Shown in pieces: positions 10,063-19,575 of a stretch of 47,230 nucleotides of DNA (position 1 is the first letter of the stretch; each line of letters begins with the position of its first letter). The notes beneath the pieces are model-generated. The model was not told the origin of the DNA, searched no databases, and was given only the letters and a program-made list of their open reading frames with translations. A program made the position numbers and the translations under genes. The stretch lies in the NCBI GenBank assembly GCA_027084135.1, contig JALWLO010000074.1, forward strand, positions 1 through 47,230, in the 5' to 3' direction. The stretch is from Campylobacterales bacterium (lineage in GTDB: Bacteria > Campylobacterota > Campylobacteria > Campylobacterales > QNZT01).

Positions 10063-10315
10063 TTAAACCCAAATTTTGCATTATAAGGTGCATCAGATGT
10101 GTTGATGCCCGGTGTGCAAGGGTGTTGAAGCAAAACTCAGGCATAACCGGAGGGGAGAAGCGTAAAGAAAAAGCAAACTGCTTTGCTTTTTTAGCTTCGC
10201 ACGGCGATGCTTTATGCATACTTGCATAGTATACGCCTAAGAGGATTTACTTCAATCGCCCATGCCGCCGATAATCAATACAGACGATGTATCGGCTAAT
10301 GCAAATTTGTGTTAA
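10063..10315. repeat. long imperfect palindromic (rod-like) element C between moaC and its apparent promoter
   Basis: Nested arms CAAATTTTGCATTA/TAATGCAAATTTG, GGTGCATC/GATGTATC, TGTGTTGAT/ATCAATACA, GGGTG-TTGAAG/CTTCAA-T-CGCCC, AAAAAGCAAA/TTTGCTTTTT. Confidence 0.75.
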
Positions 10316-10374
10316 ATTATATCATACTACACTAGAAACTTTAAAAGGTTAAACTATTTCATAAAAGGAAAGCA

Positions 10375-10905
10375 ATGTTTAAAAAATTTATCTTAGTACT
10401 AATGATACTTTCCACTTCACTTTTTGCACAAAACTTAAACTTAGAGCTAAAAAGTACGATAAACAAAAGATACCATCTCCATACCACGGATGAAGGCATC
10501 AAGATCGATGAGTGGAAAAGAGGCGGGATACTGCTTGTTTTTTTCGGTACGCACTGTCCACCCTGCAAAGCTGAGATACCTAAACTCAAAGAGATACAGA
10601 GACATAGAAACGGGCTTTTGGTATTTGCTATACAGGTTGAGCAGGGTGTCAGCGATGAAGAGGTTACAAGATTTGTCAAAATGCACCATATCAACTATCC
10701 GGTCGTAAACTATACTTATGCGATGAGTTTGATACTATTTATGAGGGATAATCTCGACTGGGGTGGGGAGATACCTACGATGTATCTCTTTGCAAAAGAT
10801 GGAAGCTATATCAAAACATATGTCGGCATCACCTCAAAGAGGAGGATACTTGAGGATTTCAAACACTCTAAAAAAGAAGTACTAATATCTATATCTCAAA
10901 TATAG
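10375..10905 (+). CDS. TlpA/ResA-family thiol-disulfide oxidoreductase
   Basis: Signal peptide; FFGTHCPPCKAEIP; IPTMYLF. Confidence 0.85.
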   Translation: MFKKFILVLMILSTSLFAQNLNLELKSTINKRYHLHTTDEGIKIDEWKRGGILLVFFGTHCPPCKAEIPKLKEIQRHRNGLLVFAIQVEQGVSDEEVTRFVKMHHINYPVVNYTYAMSLILFMRDNLDWGGEIPTMYLFAKDGSYIKTYVGITSKRRILEDFKHSKKEVLISISQI

Positions 10906-12282
10906 CCTAATATCCTGTGCATCTTTGATAGGATCGAGTCCCGCTTTTTGGGCTTGAGTCATACTCATAGGAGTTCCGCTCATACCGAAAAACCCTTGAG
11001 AGCCGGTATAGTCATATGCTATCTTTGTCCACCTCGCTTGAAATGAGAAGGCTTTATTGATCTGCATTGTCCAAAATATCTCATACGCATCACCTCGCGC
11101 GGCAAGTTTAGAGCCTATAAGCGTATCCTCTCCATATGTAAAACTTCTCCAATATTTTGAGCCGTGGTTATACTCCACTCCAACCCTTGCGTCATCCACA
11201 AAGAGGCAGTCCCAATTTGCACCTACATAGTAGGAAGTACCGCTTTTATCACTACCGCTTCCCAGCATCGCTTTGCCGCTATCGGGATGGGTTTTTGAGT
11301 AGGCGATAGAAGCAAAAAGCTTCATGCTATCTAGTGTTGCGTTGATCCCGTTACCGACACTGTCGATCAGCAAAGAGACTCCTGCGCCCTCTATAGAGCC
11401 GAGACTCTTTAGATCCCCGCTATTATCCAGAAATCCCGGTAAATTCCAGCCGCGATAGTAAGTACTCATCACCTCATATTGACCGTCATTGTAGGGCACA
11501 AATATAAAGCCGGCAAGATCGACATCCTTCAGCGCTCCAAACTCTTTGCTATAGTCGGCACCGTCCCTGCTAAATCTCGCTTTCGCGTTGCTCACACCCC
11601 TACCGTAACACGCTTTGATATACATACCGTTGATATCGCTCAATTTTTCAAGATCGAGTTTAAAACTTGCACCGTCAAACTCCATATTGATCGTATGCCC
11701 AAGCGGTGAGTTTGGCTTATCATCATCTCTCATCGATACCAAAAAACCGTTTGTCGAGGGTCGCCGTCCCAGTGAAGCAGTCCAATCTATACCTGTTCCA
11801 AAGAGATCTTTGCCGTAGTAGAGCCAGTACGCTTCTCTGACTCTTAACTCTCCGTCGGTAAGGTTTTCATTGATCACCCAGTCAAACTTGTCATATCCCA
11901 TCGCTCTTTGTGGCATATGGGTAGCCGGACTTAGAGGTGTTGCGCCATAAGCTTTGTAGTATGATAGTTTCGCTCTAAAAATAGTATTGCTCAACGGTCG
12001 ATATGCCAAATCTATCCAAAACCTATTGGATAAAAGGGCGTTGTTTTTATACTTTTTTCCACTTGCACTCTTATACTCTATCCTATCCATAGCTGTTCTA
12101 TGATCCGCACTGAGTTTGAGATTATCTTTCGCATCATGTTTTTTAACTTTTATCAACTCTTTTTTGAGCTTTTTGATCTCTTTCTTGAGCTTTTGAATAT
12201 CTTTATCGCAAATTGTGTCATGAGCTTGTAAGGCACTAGTGCTAAATAGGAGCATCAACGCATATACTAGACTCTTTTTCAT
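10882..12282 (-). CDS. DUF3373-like outer-membrane protein
   Basis: Signal peptide MKKSLVYALM, coiled coil, beta-rich body, HGSKYWRSFT motif, C-terminal LRYRY. Confidence 0.75.
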   Translation of the reverse strand: MKKSLVYALMLLFSTSALQAHDTICDKDIQKLKKEIKKLKKELIKVKKHDAKDNLKLSADHRTAMDRIEYKSASGKKYKNNALLSNRFWIDLAYRPLSNTIFRAKLSYYKAYGATPLSPATHMPQRAMGYDKFDWVINENLTDGELRVREAYWLYYGKDLFGTGIDWTASLGRRPSTNGFLVSMRDDDKPNSPLGHTINMEFDGASFKLDLEKLSDINGMYIKACYGRGVSNAKARFSRDGADYSKEFGALKDVDLAGFIFVPYNDGQYEVMSTYYRGWNLPGFLDNSGDLKSLGSIEGAGVSLLIDSVGNGINATLDSMKLFASIAYSKTHPDSGKAMLGSGSDKSGTSYYVGANWDCLFVDDARVGVEYNHGSKYWRSFTYGEDTLIGSKLAARGDAYEIFWTMQINKAFSFQARWTKIAYDYTGSQGFFGMSGTPMSMTQAQKAGLDPIKDAQDIRLYLRYRY

Positions 12283-12342
12283 AAGTTTACCTAATATTGG
12301 AATAGTAGAATTATAGTAAGGAAAATTTAAAAAGTGAAACAT

Positions 12343-12436
12343 AAAAAAACGGCACTCTATATGAGTGCCGTCTCTCCCCTGATTTGTTACCTTAAAGAAG
12401 GTAACCCCCTATATAGCAGTCATTTATCGATGCTGC
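12343..12436 (-). ncRNA. candidate ~94-nt small RNA
   Basis: TGGTATAAT at 12451-12443; three hairpins; last is a 9-bp GC-rich stem plus T-tract; no meaningful ORF. Confidence 0.6.
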
Positions 12437-12454
12437 AAAAGAATTATACCAAAA

Positions 12455-12473
12455 TAAGATAAATTTAGTCTTA
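12455..12473. promoter_or_regulatory. 19-bp palindromic operator, copy 1 (sRNA promoter)
   Basis: TAAGATAAATTTAGTCTTA next to the extended -10. Confidence 0.65.
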
Positions 12474-12600
12474 ATTAAAGTTAGTAAAAGATAATTTTTG
12501 TTATATATTATAGGTTTTATATAATGCGATGTAGATTTTATGGGTTATAAAAAGAAAAAGCCCCATATTTGGGACTTTTAGAAGTTTTCAGTACCTAGTA

Positions 12601-13125
12601 CTAAGCGTTAGCTGCCTCTTTAGCTGCGTTGATAGCCTCTTCATAATCAGGCTCTTGAGTAATCTCAGGAACAACTTGTTTATAAGTTACTTTTCCATCT
12701 TTTCCGATGACAAAGATCACTCTTGCAAGAACTCCTGCAAGTGGTCCGTCTGCTAAAAGAACACCGTATGCATTACCAAAATCTTTATTTCTAAAGTCGC
12801 TACATACTTTGATATTATCTACTCCTGCGGCTCCACACCATCTAGCAGCAGCAAACGGTAGATCCATAGATACAGTCACTACTTCAACACCATCAAGTTT
12901 AGTCGCCTCTTCATTAAATCTTCTAGTCTCAGCATCACACACACCTGTATCCAGTGACGGAACCGCTACAACAAGTTGAACTTTCCCTTCTCCACCGATC
13001 TTCTCATCTTGAAGCATCGGGTTACAGTTTACGACTGTTACCTCCGGAGCTTTATCTCCTACATTTACCTCATTTCCTGCTAAGTTGCATACCGTGTCGT
13101 TTTTAAATGTAACTGTTGTTGCCAT
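12601..13125 (-). CDS. tpx: thiol peroxidase
   Basis: VPSLDTGVCDAETRRFN, SMDLPFAAARWC, EPDYE. Confidence 0.96.
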   Translation of the reverse strand: MATTVTFKNDTVCNLAGNEVNVGDKAPEVTVVNCNPMLQDEKIGGEGKVQLVVAVPSLDTGVCDAETRRFNEEATKLDGVEVVTVSMDLPFAAARWCGAAGVDNIKVCSDFRNKDFGNAYGVLLADGPLAGVLARVIFVIGKDGKVTYKQVVPEITQEPDYEEAINAAKEAANA

Positions 13126-13192
13126 CTATCTCTCCTTGTTTTTGTTAAATAACTCTTGAGTAACTCAAGATATAAGTGAGATTATAACCAAA

Positions 13193-13211
13193 TAAGATAA
13201 ATTTTATCTTA
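13193..13211. promoter_or_regulatory. 19-bp palindromic operator, copy 2 (tpx promoter)
   Basis: TAAGATAAATTTTATCTTA, perfect 9-1-9, next to TATAAT on the minus strand. Confidence 0.75.
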
Positions 13212-13254
13212 ATTAAACTATACTCTCTGAAAATTATACCATTAAAGGACGAAT

Positions 13255-13737
13255 ATGGAGCTAAATATACCAAAATATATAAGTATCATTTATATACTGA
13301 TACTCTCTATCACACTAGGAGCATCACTCTATGCAGGAGCTGTCGTTGCACCGACTATCTTTCATAGTGAGACATTTTTAGGTGGAGAAATCCTCAGTCA
13401 CTACCAAGAGGGTTTACTGATGACCCAAAACTTTATCAAGTTATCTTATCTTGTGGATCTTACGGTTTTGGCTGTCATTTTTTACGAAGGGTATCGGTTT
13501 AAAAGTTTTGAGAGAGATAGTATCGCGCTTTTGAGTGCGGTTCTTGTAGTACTAAGCGGTCTTCTCTTTGCGCACTACTATATACCGTGGATCTTGGAGA
13601 TGCAGACAAAAGGTGCTGAGGCAACTCAAAGTAAAATATTTGAAAATGCACATTTTGCCAGCGAACTCGACTTTAAACTCTTTAGCATAGCACTCTTAGT
13701 ACTTATCGTAAGAAACCTCTATCGATATCCAAGATAG
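13255..13737 (+). CDS. DUF4149-like membrane protein
   Basis: Four hydrophobic segments; VVAPTIF and FENAHFASE motifs. Confidence 0.75.
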   Translation: MELNIPKYISIIYILILSITLGASLYAGAVVAPTIFHSETFLGGEILSHYQEGLLMTQNFIKLSYLVDLTVLAVIFYEGYRFKSFERDSIALLSAVLVVLSGLLFAHYYIPWILEMQTKGAEATQSKIFENAHFASELDFKLFSIALLVLIVRNLYRYPR

Positions 13738-13754
13738 CAGAAGAGTCTGCTATC
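13732..13754. terminator. hairpin between convergent genes
   Basis: GATAGCAGA-AGAG-TCTGCTATC followed by TTTT. Confidence 0.6.
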
Positions 13755-13759
13755 TTTTC

Positions 13760-15292
13760 CTATAAGTCATCTGGACCAAAAAAGCTAGTTTGCGTCCAAT
13801 CCCTACTCCATGTCCTTAAAAATGCGATACCGTCTTGTGGGAAATCAGCCATATCAGTTGGGATAGATACCGTTACCGTATCACCCTCTCTTTGATAGTC
13901 AACTTCACCGATTCTCTCCCATCTCCAGTTGTTTCCATTTCCGGCATATCTATAAAGAATGCTACCCTCTACAAGGAAACCGCTATATCTATCTTGGTTT
14001 GCTCTATCTCTGATAAAGAACTGTGTTCTATCATTTGGCGTTATGTTAGCTAAGTTTGCAGTGATATTGATAGATGGTCCCGTATTTGTTCCATTCCAAA
14101 ATGTAAGATCTCCACCGCCGTTGTCGCCATTGTTGTCTATCCTCACGGTTGTAGGTTCCAGATCTCTTAATCTTCTCCAATCTTGTGTCAACAAACTACC
14201 GTCAATGCGAACATTTCCGTTAAACTCCAACGCCCTTACAGGCACTACTAATGAAATACTATTTGCATCGGCATTTCTTACCACTTGAGTCACAAACTCC
14301 CATCTCCAGTTTGTACCGTTACCCGCATATCTATAGAGATTTCTACCCTCTATTAAGTATCCGCCAAATCTATTTTGATCATTGGTATCTCTCAAAAATA
14401 GTTGCGTTCTACTGCCGGCTTCATTTTCCAAGAGTGCAATGTTGATATGAAGTTCATTATTTGCAACCTCGGCAGTTAAACTATTTTGGATGATATCGAG
14501 ATTTGGCGTATAGTGAAACTCGACAGGGTCTAAACTATCCATAACATAAAGCCAATCATGATTTTCATCCTCCCTAAACAGTGCTACACCAACCCTAATA
14601 TCTCCGTTAAACCTTGCAGCTACATCGTCATAATCAACAAAACCGTAATGTTCATATGCGTGAAATCTCTCTCTATCTGCCGGTGCATGCAGAGTCAAAA
14701 ATGAGCTTGGAATCTCTACGATAAATCTTCCCGCATCAGGGTTTGGATTGAAATCCACTCTCATCAACCTTTGCCAACTAAGATACCACCATCTCCAAGA
14801 TCTTGTGGCTCTGTTGAAGTAGTGCATTACGCCGTCTACGATAATCAAATCCGCACCGATATTTCCATCAGGCTGAGGAGTCGTATCTCTCCAAGAGTTT
14901 CTACTGTTTAGTTGTAAACCTGTTGAGCTATCATGATCCAAGTCTATATAAAACTCCACATGTTGCACATTTGGGTTATCTATATTCACCATTAAGGCAA
15001 GGTTTTGATTTGCCATCTGTGTGACGGAAAGTTGTGCGGTAAGGTTATTGTATATAGAGTTTACCTCTCGTGTAACGGTAGAGTCGTTTTCAAAGTCGGC
15101 TACAACGGCTCTTGTCATTTTTGGTTTTGATAACACCGCCTTAGTGACATGTGGTTGCGCTTGTGCAACTTGAGTCTCTGTTTGAGATGTCGTTGTGATA
15201 TTAGTATTACTATCAACTCTAGCTGAAGATGAACCGCAACCGCCAAGGGCTAAAATAGCAATTGCCGATAAAACTGTTAAACTTTTTTTCAT
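13760..15292 (-). CDS. surface lipoprotein with tandem Trp/Tyr-rich beta repeats; mature domains lysine-free
   Basis: Lipobox LGGC (Cys19); two similar repeats carrying LYRYAGNGxNWRWE and a third degenerate copy. Confidence 0.85.
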   Translation of the reverse strand: MKKSLTVLSAIAILALGGCGSSSARVDSNTNITTTSQTETQVAQAQPHVTKAVLSKPKMTRAVVADFENDSTVTREVNSIYNNLTAQLSVTQMANQNLALMVNIDNPNVQHVEFYIDLDHDSSTGLQLNSRNSWRDTTPQPDGNIGADLIIVDGVMHYFNRATRSWRWWYLSWQRLMRVDFNPNPDAGRFIVEIPSSFLTLHAPADRERFHAYEHYGFVDYDDVAARFNGDIRVGVALFREDENHDWLYVMDSLDPVEFHYTPNLDIIQNSLTAEVANNELHINIALLENEAGSRTQLFLRDTNDQNRFGGYLIEGRNLYRYAGNGTNWRWEFVTQVVRNADANSISLVVPVRALEFNGNVRIDGSLLTQDWRRLRDLEPTTVRIDNNGDNGGGDLTFWNGTNTGPSINITANLANITPNDRTQFFIRDRANQDRYSGFLVEGSILYRYAGNGNNWRWERIGEVDYQREGDTVTVSIPTDMADFPQDGIAFLRTWSRDWTQTSFFGPDDL

Positions 15293-15404
15293 AATCTTAC
15301 TCCTTGCATAAATAAATTTTTATGCTTTTAGAATAAGATGATTTTAATATTAAGTCAATAGTTATTTACTAATTTTAAGAAGAATATAATTTAAGTTTAC
15401 CTTT

Positions 15405-16391
15405 TTACTCACTTTTTGGTTTTGCGATGAGTTCGCAGTGGGTAGTAAATCTGCCTCTTTTATAGGCTTCCACACCGTATCTACCGATCATCACGGCATT
15501 ATCTGAGCAATATTTTAGCTCAGCTAAGTGAAGATTGGTGCTATATTTGTCAGTGAGCGTTTTGATCTTCTCTCGTAGATACAGATTTGCGCTTGCACCC
15601 CCAACGATAGCAAAATCCCTTATCTCTCTCTCTTTGAAGACTCTTCTTAATTTATGCAACAGATGCTCCACCGCAACTCTCTGAAAAGATGCGGCGATAT
15701 CGGCTCTATCTTGATCACTTATCTTCTCTCCAAGCTCTGCTATAGCTAGTCGAACCTGATTTTTCAGACCGGAGTATGAGAAGGCTAACTTCGGTGAATT
15801 TTGAAGCGGCACGGTAAAGTCAAACCTCTTCTCATCCCCCTCTCTTGCCAACTCCTCTATGATAGGACCGCCGGGATATCCAAGTCCCAGCATCTTCGCC
15901 ACTTTATCGAAACTCTCACCGAAACTATCATCCATACTCTTTGCTATCACCCTAAAGTCGTCAAACCCTTTGGCATCTATCACCTCCGTATGTCCACCGG
16001 AGACCAAAAGTACCGTCATGGGAAAAACCTCCTCCCTCTCTATAAAGAGAGAGTAGATATGCCCATAGAGGTGATTGACCGATATGAGTGGAAGTTTTAG
16101 AGAGATGGAGAGAGCCTTTGCCATCATCACCCCCTCCAAAAGTGTAACAGATAGCCCAGGGTGAGTCGTCACGGCGATTGCCTTTAAGTGGGGGAAAAAC
16201 TCCTTAGTACTAGAGAGGATATCGGGCAGTGCTTTGGCATGAAGCCTTGCCGCAAGCTCCGGTACTACGCCGCCATACTTGGAGTGTTCCAACTCTTGGG
16301 AGATCTTTTTGTGAAAAAGCACATCTTTGGTATCTATCTTCGTTATCGCAATGGAGCTATCGTCACAACTGCTCTCTATGCTTAGTATCAT
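15405..16391 (-). CDS. tsaD: tRNA N6-threonylcarbamoyltransferase
   Basis: [44 protein letters not shown]. Confidence 0.97.
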   Translation of the reverse strand: MILSIESSCDDSSIAITKIDTKDVLFHKKISQELEHSKYGGVVPELAARLHAKALPDILSSTKEFFPHLKAIAVTTHPGLSVTLLEGVMMAKALSISLKLPLISVNHLYGHIYSLFIEREEVFPMTVLLVSGGHTEVIDAKGFDDFRVIAKSMDDSFGESFDKVAKMLGLGYPGGPIIEELAREGDEKRFDFTVPLQNSPKLAFSYSGLKNQVRLAIAELGEKISDQDRADIAASFQRVAVEHLLHKLRRVFKEREIRDFAIVGGASANLYLREKIKTLTDKYSTNLHLAELKYCSDNAVMIGRYGVEAYKRGRFTTHCELIAKPKSE

Positions 16392-16400
16392 GCCGTCACC

Positions 16401-18089
16401 TTAGAAGTAGTGAAAGAGGTTTATTTGAAAGCGCCTCTTCTCTTTTTCGCCCTCTATTTTACCGCTTTGGAGCTTGAAGTTTATCGCATTGTCTCTATCA
16501 ACCTTATGAGTATAAAAGCCTTCTGCACGATAGTACCCTACTCCGCCATCCTCTACCCCTCTCTCAAAGTGGGCACCCACCTTTTCGTTGGATCGGTTTG
16601 CTACAAAGCCGCCTCGAAGAGCTGTTTGAAAGTGAATACCGGCTCTTAGATGTAGAGACGGCGTCGCTATAAGATAGTAGAATAATCGATCCTCCCCAAA
16701 ACTCACTCCAACCTTAGTACTAAGTTCAAAATGCTCCCTATCTCTAAAGCGATCTAACCCAAACCTCACTCCCCATGAAATCGGTTTCAATATCTCATCC
16801 CTCAAAGCGTAAGAGCTAATATCCACAAAACTAAATCTCTCCAGCTTTACCAAATCTTTATCGTATCTAAACAGCAGGCGAAAGAAGTCTATATATGCCC
16901 CCGCTTTAAATCCCTCATCCAGATCATAGCTATCATGAAAAGCGGGTTTATAACCAAAGAATATCTCCCCGCTATCCTCTACACCAATATCCACTCTTGA
17001 ACTTTTGTGCCCTAGTACCGGATCTGTCGGGGTCTTAGTACTAGGCTTTGGAACCTTTGGAAGTTTGCTTCTCTTTTTGCTTAGCCGAAGCAGCTCTTTG
17101 ATATAGCTTTTTTTATCGATCTCTCTCTCTTGCCTCTTTAACTGCAGTTTTGCAACCTCAAGCTCCATCTCAATCGCCTCTTTCTGCTCCCCTTTAAGAG
17201 TCTCTTTCATCTCTAAAAGGGCTCTTATTTTTGTCGCTTTTGAGGCTCTAAAGCGTGAATTTGCTATAAAGCCCGCCTCTTTTACGACTCTGATCGTATC
17301 TATCGGTATCGCTTTATAGCTAAATCGATCGACTAGATCACTATCTCTAGCAATCTCTAACATCCATAAAAGATTATAAGAGCAGTTGCGCGTAAAGAAG
17401 TAGTAGTCCGAGTAGCTGTTTCGTATCTCATACATATGGGTAAGAAGTTTTTCGATCTCCGTCGGAGTAAGGTTTAGTTCATACTCCCAAATATCTCTTT
17501 TTTCCATATTGCTATACTCTTTGATCTTTTGATAGTATGGGAGTGCGGAGTATCTGCCTTTATACTTTCCAAATAGTCCTTTATATGCAAAGATGATGCC
17601 GTTTTTGTCATTGCTATCAGCGAAAAAATTGATCGCGTTTGACATCAACATCAAACCCTTTTTATCGGTGATAGCTAAAAATGTATGACCATACATAGAA
17701 GCCGGAGAGTTGATATTTGCCGTTGGAAAGATCAGATAGGCTCTCCTTGGTGCATAGGCTTTGAGTATCTCATCAAGCTCTTTACAGCTACGGTACGGCA
17801 CCCTTTTTACGATATCGGGTCTATGTTTGTATATCCACTTCACTCTTGCGGGAAATCGACAAAATATCCTATCATCGCTACTAAGAATAGCCCTTATCGT
17901 AGCGTTTAACTCTTTTAAGGGATCGGTTTTCCCACTCTTTGAGAGAAAGAAGTTTGGATCACCGATCTCACTCTCTCCATCTCTATAGTGCAGTAATCTT
18001 AGCCAATCTCTATCTATATCTTTATCAGTCAATGTAAAGGAGTAGGAGTATATAGATAAGAGGGCAAGTAGTATAACCCCCTTAAACAT
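16401..18089 (-). CDS. DUF4105 (Lnb N-terminal-like) protein with a C-terminal beta-barrel-like region
   Basis: WLRLLHY, CRFPAR, SPASMYGHTF, YYFFTRNCSY; ends in FHYF; adjacent to DUF3015. Confidence 0.8.
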   Translation of the reverse strand: MFKGVILLALLSIYSYSFTLTDKDIDRDWLRLLHYRDGESEIGDPNFFLSKSGKTDPLKELNATIRAILSSDDRIFCRFPARVKWIYKHRPDIVKRVPYRSCKELDEILKAYAPRRAYLIFPTANINSPASMYGHTFLAITDKKGLMLMSNAINFFADSNDKNGIIFAYKGLFGKYKGRYSALPYYQKIKEYSNMEKRDIWEYELNLTPTEIEKLLTHMYEIRNSYSDYYFFTRNCSYNLLWMLEIARDSDLVDRFSYKAIPIDTIRVVKEAGFIANSRFRASKATKIRALLEMKETLKGEQKEAIEMELEVAKLQLKRQEREIDKKSYIKELLRLSKKRSKLPKVPKPSTKTPTDPVLGHKSSRVDIGVEDSGEIFFGYKPAFHDSYDLDEGFKAGAYIDFFRLLFRYDKDLVKLERFSFVDISSYALRDEILKPISWGVRFGLDRFRDREHFELSTKVGVSFGEDRLFYYLIATPSLHLRAGIHFQTALRGGFVANRSNEKVGAHFERGVEDGGVGYYRAEGFYTHKVDRDNAINFKLQSGKIEGEKEKRRFQINLFHYF

Positions 18090-18092
18090 CTC

Positions 18093-18533
18093 CTATAATG
18101 TAGAAGCGATACCGTCTATCACAGAGGCAGACGATACATTTTCATTTGCGTAGATTTTTGTGTAGTTTGCTTTGAGTTTCGCTTTTGCCGTTGCTTTATC
18201 TTTTACATTCATAAGAGACAAAAGCGTATCAAGACTCTCACCCTCACCCGAAGCCACCTCAACCGCAAGCGTGTCCATATTGTCCGCTACAAACTTTTGT
18301 GCTTTCTCATTCATCACAAGTTTATACGGTTTTGTACAGTTGAGTGAACCGCTTGTGATACCAAAAGTTTGGTTACCGAATGTTCCGTTAGAAGTAGCCG
18401 CCAAAACTTGTGTTGCTACACTGTTTTGCTCAGGGATAAGCATACTTCCCAAACCGCAACCGGTATTGCTATTTCCTGCCGCAAAGGCAGAAGAAGCGAT
18501 TAGAAAAGTGCTTAGTACTAAAACTTTTTTCAT
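18093..18533 (-). CDS. DUF3015 family protein
   Basis: GCGLGS, NQTFGITSGSLNC, GEGESLDTL. Confidence 0.88.
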   Translation of the reverse strand: MKKVLVLSTFLIASSAFAAGNSNTGCGLGSMLIPEQNSVATQVLAATSNGTFGNQTFGITSGSLNCTKPYKLVMNEKAQKFVADNMDTLAVEVASGEGESLDTLLSLMNVKDKATAKAKLKANYTKIYANENVSSASVIDGIASTL

Positions 18534-18754
18534 ATTTTATCCTTTTATTTAAAGTAGTAAAATGATTATACAACTTTACCTATTAGAGGCAACTTTTGTA
18601 GATCTAACTTACATTAAATTTAGTTTTTTATTATTATTTTAATTTAAGATAAGATGTGTAAAATGCAAAGCTCTGATAGTAATATTTTAAAAAAAAATTA
18701 AATTTTAGTAAAGTTGAGCACTTTTTTGACGATTATTGCTCTAAATTACTAAAA

Positions 18755-18970
18755 ATGGAGTGTGTAATGACTGTTGAAGAGTTAGAACTACTTGGAACTC
18801 TCAGTGAGATCGATATAGATGAACTTGATGACGATATGATAGCTGAGCTTCTTGAAGATGCTTTGCAAATCACTGATGATGATCCTTATGAGGCTATCAC
18901 TTTTATCACTGAAAATAGCGAAATACCGTACGAAGATCTCAAGAGAGTTTACGATACCTTTAAGAAGTAG
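18755..18970 (+). CDS. small acidic hypothetical protein (start may be 18767)
   Basis: D/E-rich ORF; GGAG before the second ATG; hairpin after the stop. Confidence 0.65.
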   Translation: MECVMTVEELELLGTLSEIDIDELDDDMIAELLEDALQITDDDPYEAITFITENSEIPYEDLKRVYDTFKK

Positions 18971-19097
18971 GAGTCACAACTCCCGCTTCTTAACAAACCG
19001 ATTAAAAGTTTCAATATCCTTTTGCTAAACAAAAGACAATTTTGTGATATAATAATTACTGCAACAATTAGACAACTCAAAAAATAAAAGGTCTGTT

Positions 19098-19340
19098 TTG
19101 CCTACGGTTTTAAGGATAGGGTCATACAAGTTCTACTTTTATAGCCATTAACCTAATGAACCTGCTCATATACATATAGATAGAGATAATTTTAGTGCAA
19201 AGTTTTGGTTAAAACCTGTTGCATTAGCAAAAAATTTAGGTTTTTCACCTATAGAATTGAGAAAATTAGAGAGGCTTGTAGATTTGCATCAAAATGAATT
19301 ATTGGAGGCTTGGTATGGGTATTTTGGCGCTGAACGCTGA
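19098..19340 (+). pseudogene. DUF4160-family TA component with an in-frame TAA at codon 18
   Basis: TTG start; MPTVLRIGSYKFYFYSH*PNEPAHIHIDRDNFSAKFWL...LEAWYGYFGAER; stop at 19149-19151. Confidence 0.85.
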
Positions 19341-19575
19341 TGAGAGAGTTAAAGATGTTGAAGTGACTGATGATAGTTTGAGTGTTGATTTAATGGATGG
19401 AAGAACTATTATTGTGCCTCTTATATGGTATCCGAGATTAGACCGTGCTACAAAAGAACAGCAGAAAAATTGGAAAGTTTGCGGCGGCGGATACGGTATA
19501 GAGTGGGAAGATATAGATGAACATCTTAGTGTAGAAGGACTGCTTCGCGGGGCACCTGCTCCTAAGGCAACTTGA
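19315..19575 (+). CDS. DUF2442-family protein (partner of DUF4160)
   Basis: LMDGRTIIVPLIWYPRL, GIEWEDIDEHLSVEGLL; GGAGG RBS before ATG at 19315. Confidence 0.88.
   Translation: MGILALNADERVKDVEVTDDSLSVDLMDGRTIIVPLIWYPRLDRATKEQQKNWKVCGGGYGIEWEDIDEHLSVEGLLRGAPAPKAT

Noticed and set aside
9951-10229. ORFs 9951..10229 (+) and 10007..10219 (-)
   Set aside because: Atypical composition, overlap moaC and cross the palindromic element; likely spurious
10063-10315. Moco riboswitch or 6S RNA upstream of moaC
   Set aside because: I could not find the Moco-motif conserved blocks on the moaC strand, and the fold lacks the large central bubble of 6S; kept as an unclassified palindrome pending an Rfam search
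19149-19151. Stop-codon recoding in DUF4160
   Set aside because: The codon is TAA, not TGA or TAG, and TAA terminates ordinary genes in this window
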